A stretch of DNA of 47,513 bases, the filler included, from Jimgerdemannia flammicorona (lineage: Eukaryota): the NCBI GenBank assembly GCA_003990765.1. It is 2 parts of 2 records of this genome, joined end to end, with 100 filler letters (N's around TTAATTAATTAA, not from the genome) between each part and the next. Parts side by side here need not be neighbours in the genome. Positions count along the whole stretch, not along the records: positions 1 to 23,708 come from RBNJ01001074.1; 1 more part is not named here. One strand, given 5' to 3'. Position 1 is the first letter of the stretch. Every line of letters starts with the position of its first letter. The notes beneath the pieces are model-generated. The model did not search any database, had not been told where the DNA came from, and was given only the letters and a program-made list of their open reading frames with translations. A program made the position numbers and the translations under genes. Shown here in pieces: positions 1-12,499 of the stretch.

Positions 1-224
1 GTCCTTTACTCACCTACTTTGAATCTACTTTGTTTTCTATTGGTTAGTTAGGGGGTTTTTTTTATCTCAGACTTTTTTTTGGAGTTTGGGAACTATTTTT
101 TATTCAGTTCCAGTATTGCTAGATCTTATATATAGGTGTACTCTCATATGTAGTCACAATTATCTAGTCCTGATGAGCAGACAAGTCTGGTCTATATTAT
201 AGAAATCAGCATAGTTAGTATCTA

Positions 225-368
225 ATAAATATAGCTAGAGTAGTGAGACTGCTGAATAATTTAGTAGCCTAGATTAATAGGGGGATAATGTTTAGTGGGT
301 GATAGAAGAGGGTTTCAGCCTATATAGTCTAGGTTCTCTTTTAATAAAAATCTGCAGAACTATAAGTC

Positions 369-406
<38 letters not shown>
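225..406 (+). mobile_element. 3' end of poly(A)-tailed retroposon (copy 1 of a family with 5 copies in the window)
   Basis: About 160 bp similar to 19455-19608 and 21655-21860 (...ctatatagtctaggttctcttttaataaaaatct...), followed by an A-run at 373-406. Confidence 0.8.
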
Positions 407-409
<3 letters not shown>

Positions 410-429
410 CTACAAGTCTAGTCTCTTTT

Positions 430-1690
430 CAGAAAAGCAGTTAAATATAAGTCTCTACTACTAAGAATCTTATAGATAAGATAGATGAACTACTTAAGAT
501 TGCTACCATAAATCTTCAGAAAACCTAATAGTATCAAGTCAAGTATACTAATAAGAAATACCAAGATATTACTTATACTATTAGTAATTAAGTTCTACTA
601 TCTACTGAAAATCTCAAGATATAATCTCAAGTTAACTGTCTGTCAAATAAATTTCAACTCAAATATATTGGATCCTTTGAGATTACTGAATAAGTCTATA
701 TCCTTCTACACTCAGTCTTTTATATATCATATCTTAAGACTTAAAATTAGTCACTACTCTATCCTAATTAAATTCTCAAGCTATCTGTCTCTATAATTAT
801 TAAAAACCATATTGAGTATGAGATTGAGAAAATTCTTGATAAATGAATCTGCTACTACTATTCTGAATATAATACTATCTGAGAACTATTAGTTAATCTC
901 AAGAACTTCCAAGATCTAGTCTAAAACTTTGAGACAAAATATATTACTTAATTTCTATAGTGACTTTCTTGGATTATTAATGATCTATAGTAATAATCAG
1001 TACCTTATATATCAGAAGTTTACTTTGGGACTCTAGAATTAGTAGTATATCTAGTAAATAAGAAGTCACTGAAATGAAGCTACTAGTTGGATTCAAATCT
1101 CTCTTAGTTAGTCTGATAATAGGCCCTCTACTCTATATAAGAATGGCCAGTCTTTGCCAATGTATTGAGAAATTTTAGTTAAGTATATTTAGTCTTATAT
1201 AATCTAAAAACTTAATATAGATATTAGTTCTTAAGAAAAGAGGAATATAATAATTTTATAGTTATATTTTAGTCTTAATACTTTTTTTATCTTTTCTCTA
1301 GTCTTTTCTTATCTTTTCTTGAATATTCCACTATGTTCTAGTATCTTTCAAATACCTATAAATCTTTTCTTAGTACTAAGATATCACTAGAACATTCTTA
1401 TCTTTTTGGTGCCAAGTATCTTATCTTAGCTAATTATAGAACCTTTTGAAATATTATAGAATTCTATTAGTTATCTTTACTAAAAATCTATTTCTTAGCT
1501 TTTCTCTTCTTTCTAAGATCCTTTTAGATCTTTTTTTCAGATCTTATATAAATATCCTTATTTTCTGCTTGAATAAAGCTCAGAATGTTTTCTCCCAGAA
1601 TTTCTTTAAGAATACTTAAACTTATAGGTATCTCTTTGAGCTATCTTGAACTTACTAAAACTATCAGATTTAGCTACTTTCTCTTAAAGA
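430..1690 (+). mobile_element. Degenerate chromovirus (Ty3/Gypsy) 3' end: integrase C-terminus, chromodomain and probable 3' LTR
   Basis: KFQLKYIGSFEI (GPF/Y motif, ~650-685) and HIEYEIEKILDK*ICYYYSEY (chromodomain, ~808-870). Purine tract aagaaaagaggaata at ~1233-1247 resembles a PPT. The LTR extent is uncertain. Confidence 0.7.
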
Positions 1691-1699
1691 AACTAGAAC

Positions 1700-4600
1700 T
1701 ATTATAAGCTGAAATAGATATTGCTACGGTTGAGGAGACAATTCTTGAACTCCAAACAATCTCACTATTTATAACTAATCTAGAAATAACTATTTTTAAG
1801 AACTATATCAGAATACTTAAGACAAAAAGTGACCTAGCCAAAAGTAAAATTTCTATTGAAAGAGAGATCATTAATTCTAATTATATATATTAGAGAAATT
1901 CTACTTATTACTAGAAATTACAACTCTATAATTCTATTTATAATTAAGAAAAAGAACTGACTGATACAAATGCTAATCTTTCTAGTTTATAACTCAAGAT
2001 CCTGGAAGTAAAGAAATTAGAGAAAACAGAAAGAGAAAGAAAAGAATTTGAATCTACAGAAAGAGGAGTTTTTATTAGCATCAAGATTACAGAACTAGAT
2101 CATAGGAAGAAGAAAACTATAGATAAGTATAGCTATACTATTGGAAACAAATTTCTATTTAAAAAGGAACTCAAGAAGCTTTTAAAGATATTCTGATCAC
2201 TGACTTCAAGAATATTAAAAAAAAAAATAACACACTACTATTATAATATAGATATAGAAGATATAAAGCTAATTTACTAAAGAGTAAGACCAATCTTACC
2301 AGCTTATCATAAATGGCTCTGAGAAGAAATAAAACAAATAAAAAGAAGCTGACATCATTAAAAAAACCATTAGTCTATAGTTTTTATCAATTATATTTGC
2401 TCTGAAGAAAAAAAAATAAATTGAGAGAATTTACTTTAAGACTCTGTATAGATTACAGAAAACTCATTTAGTAACCAAGAAGAATTATTAATCACTACCA
2501 CTTATTAGTAATATTTTGATAATACTAGAAGATAAAGTATAATACTATACTATTTTAGATTTATACTTAGGATTCTATCAAATTAATCTTATAAAACTAG
2601 TGAAAAGTTAGTTTTTATTATCTCAGACAGAATCTATATCTATCTATAAATACTATTTAAAATATATAATATACTAGTAAGCTTCTAGAGAATGATAAAT
2701 AAGATTTTCTATAATAATATAGAAAAATAGATAATAGTTTATATAGATAATATAATTATCTTTAGTAAGATGGTTCAGGAATATTTGAATCATATTTACT
2801 AAATTCTATAGAAACTGAGAAAGAGTAGTCTGTTTATCAAGCCCAAGAAGTATAAGTTTATAAAAATCAAGATCTTCTATCTTAGATATATTATTAATCA
2901 AACTGAAATCTATATAGACTTTATTAAGATTTAAGCAGTTATAGCCTACTCAAGATCCACTATAGTTACTGAAGCTCAAGTCTTCATAAGATTTACTATC
3001 TATTATAAGAGATTTATCAAAGATTTTCTAATATTACAGATCTAAACTATAAACTATTTAAGAAGAATACTAAGTTTTAATAGACCAGTAGATAGCAATA
3101 AGCTTTTGAATATCTTAAGATCTAATTGATCCAGATATCTATCTTGAGAAGACCAGACTAGTCTTAAGAGTTTATCCTATAGACAGATATAAACTTAGTT
3201 GAACTAGAAGCTATCCTTATATAAAAGAAGAATAAAGTTGAGTATATAATTATATATCTTAGCTAAGAAACTTATAAAGGAGAAAGAGAATATAAATTCT
3301 ACAAGTTAGAGTATCTTGCAGTCATCTGGACTATAGAAAAGTTCTACTAATTTTATAGGAAAATACTTCAGACTACTTAGCTCTTATCTGATTATTAACT
3401 ATAAGCAAACTTAAAGAAATATTTATCAGATAGATTATAAAGCTGTAAGCCTATAATATAACTATTATATACTACTCAAGAAGAATCAATACTAATATAG
3501 ATACTCTCTTATAGATACTCTGAAGAACTTATAACTAGTAAAACAGAAATAAATAAAAAACTTTACTACTAAATCATCACCTATCTAAAAAGTGAAAGAT
3601 GCCCCAATATTTAGAAAAATAGATATAAATAATTATTAACAGAACCTAGAAATAATTCAAAACTAATAGAGAAATACTAAAGAAAAGAAAACTACTAGTC
3701 ATACTAGAGTATAAGAAGGAATAAGCAATGAAGTCAGTATATAAACTTAGTCATCTAGAAGGAAAAAATATTTATAATAAAGTAAAAAGAACAATATGGT
3801 GGCTAGGAATAGAGGAAGATATCAGATGATTTGTCAAGATCTGTAACAAATATCAGAAACAGAAATAAGATCAATGAAATCAAATACTAGAATCATTATA
3901 TATAGAACTAGTATTATTTATATATATTATAATAAATATATATAATTAATCCTTTACTCATAATATTGATTGATAATTAATATATCATTATTATTATCAA
4001 TCTCTTTATAAAATAAATAGAAGTATAATTTTTAAAGAAAGTTAATACATAGTCAATTACTGATTTCTTCTATAGATAAATTATCTGTTAATTTAAGATC
4101 TCAAAGTAAATAACAACAGATAGAGAAACAGAATTTATAAATCAGCTCTTTGAGGTTCTCTATAAGAAGTATAAGATTTAGTATATTCAAATTATAGCTT
4201 ATTATTCTCAAGAAAATAGATAGATAAAAAGTACTAATAAGACTCTTATAAATATTATTACTAAGATCTGTATAACTATAAAAATTAGAACTACTATCTG
4301 CCAATAGTATTATCTACTCTTAGATATATATAATTACAAAGTACTTATTTTATCTCTCAGGAATTACTGTTCAGAAAAGAAAGTTCTAAAATAATTTTAT
4401 TATCTAATAGAGATATAGTATAGAAATAAGTAAATACTAAGATATAAAGATTATATTAACTAAGAAAGAAGACTGAAGATTATATAATTAAGATATAGAT
4501 ATTATATATAATAGAATAATATAGAGAAGATTTGTAAACTCTTAGAGATTATCAAGATAAGAGATAAAGTTCTAGTATATTAGAATATAGTAGAAACTCT

Positions 4601-5330
4601 ATATTTATAAAAACTAGGGCCTAAGTAGAAAAGACCTTATCTTATACAAAATATAAAAGAAACTATCTTTTGGCTATAGAAACTATTAGTCATAATCATC
4701 CTCACTATTATCTACTGAAACTAACTTAAGAAATACTATAGCTAGTTAAGAAGTACTACTATAGCTCTCAAGATCACTAGTACTATCCAGTAAGCTATAG
4801 AAAGATAATACTGTTCTGCTGAGCTACTAGATATTGAGAAATTATTTGATAGTATTCAAAGTATCATATAGACTCACTTATTATATATTTTATACTTTAA
4901 AATCTATCAAAACTATATTGAGTTTCAAAAGTACTTTAAGTTGAGACAATTACTAAATAAGAAGAAGAATATAACTAAAGAATAATAGATTACTGAGTAC
5001 TAGATATTATATACTCATATTACTATTATTAAATAGATTTACAAACTATTTAAGAATAATTAGCAAGTTCTGGTCTATTGTCTTAGGAGATTTCAGACAA
5101 ATGAAAAGATATCATTGAGAGAATATAATTGAACAGATCATATAGTATAAGAATATATAACTAATAGAAGCTTAAGAGTTTGAATAAGATGATTTAGAGA
5201 TAAAATCACTTATTCAGAAGAAAGTTATAACAGTTGATCTAAATTAGAAAATATGATCAGAAGATAGATATTTGATTATAGTATCTAAATCTAATTTCTA
5301 ATATAGTATAATATTATAGTTAGTAGTTAT
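1700..5330 (+). mobile_element. Heavily mutated Ty3/Gypsy pol remnant, domain order dUTPase-RT-RNaseH-integrase
   Basis: dUTPase remnant ~1710-2065 (AEIDI...KTKSDL...IINSNY...EREGKEFES-like end); RT LRLCIDYRKL (~2440) and IVYIDNIIIFS (~2735); RNaseH FIL*TD...KLEYLAVIW (~3170-3330); integrase Zn-finger HLEGKN...WWLGIEEDIR*FVKICNKYQ (~3750-3860); GPY-like KLGPK*KRPY (~4610-4640). Many stops. Confidence 0.9.
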
Positions 5331-5499
5331 TTGATCTCACAGTTGTATGATTTATATAATCATACAAAAAACACAACTATATAAAACTTATAATTATATA
5401 GATATATAGATGTATAATTTGTATAGATATATAGATCTCATATATAATAGAAAATAGACTTATTATAGTCTGGGACTAGTGAGTGAGGTAGTTTTATAA

Positions 5500-8400
5500 G
5501 AGGTAGGCAGTTTAGATGTATTTTTTTTAATATTAGTTTAGCCTTCTTACTGGGCCCTACTGGTCTCTCAACTCTATTATAGAATACTACTAATACAGTA
5601 CTTCTATGCAGAGCCAGGGTATTTGAGAGATCCAAACCTATACTAGATTCTGATTACTTGAAGCTACTTTTTATAGTTAGTAATAGGGCTGCAAATTCTG
5701 TAAGCTCTTTCTATTAATTCTCCTTTTTTATCTTTTAGCTACTTGAGATTATACATATCTTACAGTAGATAGAGGGCTGCAAATTCTATATACTCTCTCT
5801 ACTAATTCTCATTTTTCATCTAGTATCAACTACTTAGAATTGCTCTTTGTAGCAGATAAAGGGCTACAAATTCTGTATACTCCTTTTGCTGAATCTTCTT
5901 TTACTTTCTAACTACTTAAGGTTACTCTTTGTAGCAGATAGAGGGCTGCAAATTCTATATACTCTCTCTATTGATTTTTCTTTTTTATCTTTCAGCTACT
6001 TGAGATTACTTCTTACAGTAGACAAGAACTGCAAATTCTATATACTCTCTCTGCTGATTTTTCTTTTTTCCTTCTGGCTACTTAGAGTTGCTCTTTGTAT
6101 CAGACAAAGGACTGCAAATTCTACATACTCTCTCTACTGATTCTCATTTTCCATCTGATACTAGCTGCTTGAGATTGCTCCTTATAGCAGACAAAGGGCT
6201 GTAAATTCTGTATACTCTTTCTGCTAAATCTTCTTTTACTTTCTGGCTATTTGGAATTACTCCTTATATAGACAGAGGATTACAAATTCTGTACACTCTC
6301 TCTGCCATTTTTTTTATACTTCTCAATTTGTCAAAATTATATTTTTCTAAAGAAACTCTATTAAAAAAATTTATTCTATATTAATTATATAAATCAGCAG
6401 CCCATATATTACCAAAACTTTAAGCATATATAAACCTAGATTGCCTCAGTATTAAGTATATATCTCTTGAAAAAAATGAGGTTCTTTCTATCAGAGAATA
6501 CTCTTTCAACTAGAGCACTGATAGCAGAAATAGCCAGATAGTCTCACACTATACTACTTAGGTTGAAGAAGTCTATTTATTATACCTATGGCTATATATC
6601 CTCAAGATAATTGATAGTTAAAAACCATCAGCCCAATTCTATCAACTATCTATAAGAAGACAACCCACCTTCTACCAGTTAAGTATCTCTATACTCTCCA
6701 GCAGAATTATCTAGTTACTGACCAGATAAAGGATTAATTCATCTATTAATTAAAGTGCTTCTACTAATTGTTCTCTCTTTCTTTTTCTACTATTATAGTA
6801 AATATATAATAAAAGAGTTTTTTTAGTATATTTAACTAAACTTCAGCCAGAACCTTGTAGTAATATATACATAGTTCTTCTGATATGTTTTGATTATAGC
6901 CTGCTTTACTTCTTCAATATACTACTGCTCTTAGCTCTAATATTTATAGTATTAGAGCTTTAAGTATAGATCCAATACTATATAAAAAGAGTGAGTTTGA
7001 TAGAGAGTTTTTTTAGATGAGAAGGGTGATAATGCTTGCTTACTAATACTGATTGAGAAATTGATAGTATCTGTTTTAGAGTAATATTTTCTAAGCTTGT
7101 TCAAGGCAGTCTCTATAGTATATCTCTAAATCAGACTCAGTTAGAATTTACTGCTATCCTTCAGCTTGTCCTCTAGTTAGTTAATCGAGAGATTATATAT
7201 ATACTGAAATTACAGAGCTTATTATTAGAATAACTTGTTTGATTATTTTCTTTATATATTTATTGAAACACTGATAGATAAAAATAGCAAATAGTTACAA
7301 TGCTATATAGAAGAAGGAGAGAGTGGCTAAAATAAATTCAGAGCTAAAGCAGTCTTCTATATACTTCCAAAACTCTAAAAATACTTCTCAATATATCTCA
7401 CTCACCTTCATCAATAGTCTCATCTTATAATTCTTATTAGTAGTAACTGTGAAATCTATTGACTTTGTTTTAATTTTTTTTTTTTTTTAAATTTAATTAA
7501 TATATCTCAACTAATTGAAAACTAATTTATATTAGTTAACCAAAAAGTACTAACTATAGTAAACTCTAGCATATATTTAATTATTATATATATTAGATTC
7601 TAATAAGTATAGATATCTAATATCAGCTCTTTCAGAACTAAACCAATAGCTCTATACTATGTAGCAAATTTGTCTCATTATCACAAAGATGATCAGATCA
7701 TTATAATCAATTTATATAGTATAAAAATAATACTTAGATTTTTACCACTAATTCCAACTTTACCTCAGAATATTTTGTCTATATATAAGATAATCCTATA
7801 TAGTAAGATTCAGTATATAGATCTAATAATATATATGATAATTTTCTGTATTAAAGAGTATAATTTCCTATTAAAGATTAACTGCTAAAATATGGAAAAA
7901 TGTTATATTATTTGTAGCATTATCAATTATAATGATTGAAATCTGTCTTTGAAATTTTCAAAAAATAATTTTATAGAAAAATAATTTTAAAATAATAAAC
8001 TATTAAAAAAAAAAAAAGTCTTTTATTTAGTTTTCTCTAACTAGAAAATAGTAAATCTCCTCCCCTTTTATCTTAATTATGATCTCAAGCTCATAGATAT
8101 ATTTAATAAAAGTATCTATAATATTTTCTTCTAAATAAGAACTCTCAAGTTTGATAAAGTTGAAAGTAAGAGATTGAAGCCATTAATCAATGTCAATTCA
8201 ATAATCAGTAATGCTCAGAAATAAAATAGCATTAAGAGATATCTATATATTGATTGTGAATGAAATTCTGCCTACTAAATTCTATTTATTTGATGTGAAA
8301 TTAAATTATTGAGCCTTTTTTTAAAGGGGGAGAGAGATTACAATATTATGATATTATTTAAAATATCTAGTAGAGATTGTTATACTCTTTTCTATAGACC

Positions 8401-8520
8401 TCTAGAATATTATTATGAATAGTATCAATACTTAGCAGATATAAATCATACTTGAGGAGACTAAAGATATCATTTAATTAGTTACTCTTAATAGTTATAA
8501 ATAATTGATTTATATATTGT
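5500..8520 (-). mobile_element. Older, truncated and strongly mutated hAT transposon copy (transposase pseudogene ~6400-8500)
   Basis: Collinear with 11500-14620 of the complete hAT (e.g. 6840 cttcagccagaaccttgt = 12964; 8450 cttgaggagactaaagat ~ 14567). Differences are mostly C>T/G>A. Confidence 0.85.
5650..6305. repeat. Tandem array of ~8 units (~90 bp) internal to hAT copy 1
   Basis: Recurring core gctacttgagattgctc...gcagatagagggctgcaaattctatatactctctct; homologous to 11640-12350. Confidence 0.85.
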
Positions 8521-9009
8521 AACAATTAATTCAAATTAGTAATATAAATCAGAAGAATAGAGATTTAATTATAGTATCTAAATCTGATTCCCAAATATAG
8601 TATAGTCTTACAAATAGTAGTTATTTTACAAATATTAAAGTTTTAACAAATATTAAAGTTTTCACAAATATTGAGATTTCACAGATATTAAATCTTAATA
8701 ATTATCAAAGATTTAATAGATGTTAAGGATTAACACTTGTGAAAAGTGACTCATAGAAAATATAGTCATAACTTAGCCACCTTATAGCTAGTAAAACTTA
8801 TATAAATATCTCTAGTATCTAGAATGAATAAACCTTATATTGAAATAGTTCAAAGCAAAGAGAAAGTAAGAGAACTAGTAAGCCTGTGGGCAGATATACT
8901 TCAAACTCACCTACTTTTACATTCTGAAGACTCTGTAAAGTTAAAGAAGATAAAGTTTTCAAGATACAGAGATCTGATATACTTATCCAGTTATAGTGCT
9001 CTGAATGAA

Positions 9010-9245
9010 TGGAGTTGATCCAGATTTGATTCGATTCAGGTTCATCATGTGATGGATTTGAATCAACTCAGTGATCTGATCCAGATTGATCTGGATTGAT
9101 CTGGATTGATTCATCTGGATTGATCCATCCAGATAATCCATCTGGATTGATCCATCTGGATGATCCATCTGGATTGATCCATCTGGATGATCCATCTGGA
9201 TTGATCCATCTGAATGATCTATCCAGATAATCCATCCAGATTGAA
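9010..9245. repeat. hAT left subterminal repeats (gatccatctggatt/gatccagat)
   Basis: Dense 10-24 bp repeats adjacent to the TIR; the CpG-intact version (gatccggatgggatt) is seen at 23155-23265. Confidence 0.8.
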
Positions 9246-9321
9246 ATCTTTGGTGACATCACCCTTTCTTTTGTTCCCTCTCTTTTCTTTATTCTTTTTC
9301 TTTGTTCTTTCCTGCCACATC

Positions 9322-11385
9322 ATGAGCAAACAAAACAGCAGCCCTTAATTCATATGTTAGTCCAGTCTACTCATTTTTTACCCTATAATGATCATCAAAA
9401 GAGGGAGTATTCAAGGTGGAAACACACTCTCTGCTGATAATATTAGATTCTTTCTCATATGGGCAGCATACAAGCTGCTCATCAAGAGCCAAAGGAGTGA
9501 TGGTAGTGGCGATGGTGATGGTAATGACAATGGTGAGAATAAGGGTGAATTCCAGCAACAACTTATGGTAGCCCTTTGGACCTCGGAATTCACAGACCTC
9601 ACAGCTATGTATGTGGCAGCCTTTTTAGAGCAGCCAGTAGTAGATGTAGGTTGCTCTTTTCTGCTACTTCTTTTTACTTATTTAAATTCACCCAACATGA
9701 CCCAATTTACCTTGTGCTCTTCTTAGTGTCTACAGCTCTACACCGAGATCTGCTAACTTTATTCACAATATCTGGTCAAGATGAAGAAAAATTGGAGGAT
9801 ATTGTGGGACATGCCTTTGGTGGCTGAGCTGTTGAGTCAATATATCACGTAGCAGAGGTCTCAAAAGGAACAAAAGTAAGCCTTCATGAGCAATCTTATA
9901 CAACTCGTGCAACTCGTCAGCATGCAACTCATTGGTATATAGCTCACTCACTCACTCACTCACTCATGCTCTTTTTCTGAACTACCCATTTCTGTGTTTT
10001 ATTTAATTTCATTTTTTACATGGTCTCTCCCTAAAAAACACCCACACCCATACACAACCTACTTGTATGCAACCTATCCGCATACAACCCATCCACACAC
10101 TTATCTTGGTCTCTCAGATCAGGGCTCAGTTCCATTGGAAAAGAGAGTTCAAAGTTACCCAAGTTCAACCATGTCTGGCATCTGATCAAATAGAGAAGTT
10201 CAAGAGCAAGATATTTAGCATGAGCAGTACCAGCATCATCATCAAGGCTTAGGGGTCTACATTCGAATCAGAGCCAATCATTCTTGACCAAGAGGTCCAT
10301 TGGCCAGCAGGAGTAACCAATGATGAAGAGAACTATATCTTTATTAACAAATGTGGAGAGGTGGTTGCGATAGTGGTAAGGAATCTCTATGGTGATGAGC
10401 TTTGCCACCACATCAATGAGATTTGTGAGGATTATGTCAAATACCAAGTGGCAGAAAAGAGGGGGCGAAAAAAGCAAGGAGGGGGGGGTTTGGATGGGAA
10501 TTGGATATACTGCAACACTGGTGAAGAGTGGGTTCCAGAGTTCTGAAATCCTCTGTACTCATCTCTCTTTTTTTTTACTCCTCTCTAGATTAATCACACT
10601 CTTTGCTGATATACTCTTTTTGATACAAATCCAGGGATGTACAAGATTCTGTACCCCTACCAGAACTTTAGAAGTACTATTGAAGAGCAAACTATGTACA
10701 AGCATGACATGGTCTGTGTGGCGATGGCAGCTATGATCTGGGGTTCTTTGAGCAGATTGGTAGAGCATATGGCAGGCCAGCTTAGTAGTGATCTTGGCAT
10801 GGCTGTACATACATTCTTGGTGCAATTTAGTATACCATATAAGGTGAGGAGCTCTACTTTTTTGAGGTGCTATAGCCCAGGGGGTTTCTGTAGCCTGGGG
10901 GATTTCAGCAGCCTGGGGGGTTTCTGCCCCCCTACATGCAAAAAGGACTGACTGATTGCTGTCTATTTTGGCAGGTTTCCAAGCTGGGGCTCCTAGGGCT
11001 GAACCAAGGACAGGCATCCACTAGTACAGCCTGACAGTATGAGGTCCTGGGTCAAGGATTCACTCAACCATATGCTCGCATCACATTAGGATATATCAGG
11101 CACAATCTTTCTCTACCCATACACACAGACAACAATGTCATCCTGGTAATGTTTTACATTCTGAAAAAGAAGGGCCCAATCTGAGAGGATAGTAGCAGAG
11201 TCTGGTATGATCTCACCTACAGTTTCAGGGTCTTGTTTGTGGCCAACATGGCTATCCTCTTCTAACTACACAACCACCATGGCACCATCGCCTTTGAGGA
11301 GAGCTCGGACACAACAGTCATCGTACTTACAATAGATGACAGGCTCATCAAGGCCTGGGACCAGTGGGTGGAGCAGTTTTTATGA
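9322..11385 (+). pseudogene. Multi-exon cargo gene in the hAT; putative TET/JBP-like 2OG-Fe(II) dioxygenase, inactivated by transition stops and frameshifts
   Basis: ATG at 9322; GT-AG introns ~9646-9726, ~9876-10117, ~10528-10634, ~10844-10974. Last exon reads ...HNLSLPIHTDNNVILVMFYILKKKGPI*EDSSRVWYDLTYSFRVLFVANMAILF*LHNHHGTIAF...WDQWVEQFL*, with HxD at 11122-11130 and HGT at 11278-11286. Upstream motifs are YIFINKCGEVVAIVVRNL and GVWMGIGY. Confidence 0.6.
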
Positions 11386-11639
11386 GGGTTAAGCAATCTT
11401 TCACAAGGGATAGGTAGTCTGTCATGAGGGTTAGGTAGTCATTTTGTATAAGTTGGGCAGTCTTATATGAGGGGTTGAGCTAGGTGCCTCTTCTGTAGCA
11501 CTAGCTTAGCCATTATGCAGGGCCCTACTAGCCCCTTGGCCCTGCTCTGCAGTGCCACTGGTGTGGTGCTGCAGTACAGGGCCAGGGCACCCATGGGACC
11601 CAAACCAGTGATGGGGCCCAAATCTGTAGTGGACTTCAA

Positions 11640-12350
11640 CTACTGGAAATGCTCTCCGACTACCAGAAGCACCCTCTGACTGCCAGAAGCACCCTCCATC
11701 CCAGACTCCTTGGCAACTTGGAGCTGTCCCATATGCTACTGGTGGAGGGCTGCAAATTTTGTATGCTCCCTCCATCTGCCCTATCTATCTCAGATACTTA
11801 CAGCTCAGGGCTTTCCCTTGTTGCTGGCAGAGGGCTGCAAATTTTGCATGCTCTCTTACCAACCCCATGCCCACCAACCCCACCAACTGACTCCACCTAC
11901 TGACCTAGGTACTGACAGCTTGGGGCTACCCCTCACTGCTGGTGGAGGGCCACAAATTTTGCGCGCTCCCTCTGCCTACCCTGCCTGTCCCATACACTTG
12001 CAGCTCAGGGCTGCCCCTTGCTGTCGGCAGAGTGCCACAAATTTTGTATACTCTCTCCACTGACCCCATACCCACCAACCCCACTGACCAACTCCACCCA
12101 CTGACCCAGGTGCTGATAGCTCAGGCTACCCCTCGCTGCTGGTGGAGGGCTGCAAGTTTTGTATGCTCCCTCTGCCAACTCCCCTGACTGAGACACTTGT
12201 GGCTTGGGGCTGCCCCTCACTGCCAGTAGAGGGTCATAAATTTTGCACACTCTCTCCACTGACCCACTCACCAACCCGGGCACTGACAGCTTAGGGCTAC
12301 CCCTTGCTGCTGGTGGAGAGCTGCAAACACTGCACACTCCCTCTGCTGCC
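11640..12350. repeat. Tandem array of ~8 units (core ~55 bp, periods alternating ~85/~115 bp) between the cargo gene and the transposase 3' end
   Basis: Core cagctcagggctgccccttgctgctggcagagggctgcaaattttgtatgctccctc at ~11715, 11800, 11916, 12001, 12117, 12200, 12287. Confidence 0.9.
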
Positions 12351-12499
12351 ACCACCAACCCTGCTGACTGCTGCCCACTTGGGCCGCAAACTCCAGGCTG
12401 AGTCTTCAGGGTTTTTTACCTTTTTATTATTTTTGAAAGGTATTAAATATTCCACAAGGCCAACCAACTTATCTGCAAACCCCCAGGATCTACCGAATT

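Noticed and set aside
8983..9262. Short repetitive ORFs (MDHPDGSIQ...), similarly 23048-23317
   Set aside because: Translations of hAT subterminal repeats.
11640..12350. CRISPR-like repeat/spacer appearance (also 5650-6305)
   Set aside because: The repeats are long and degenerate, the spacers are similar to each other, there are no cas genes, and the array lies inside a eukaryotic transposon.
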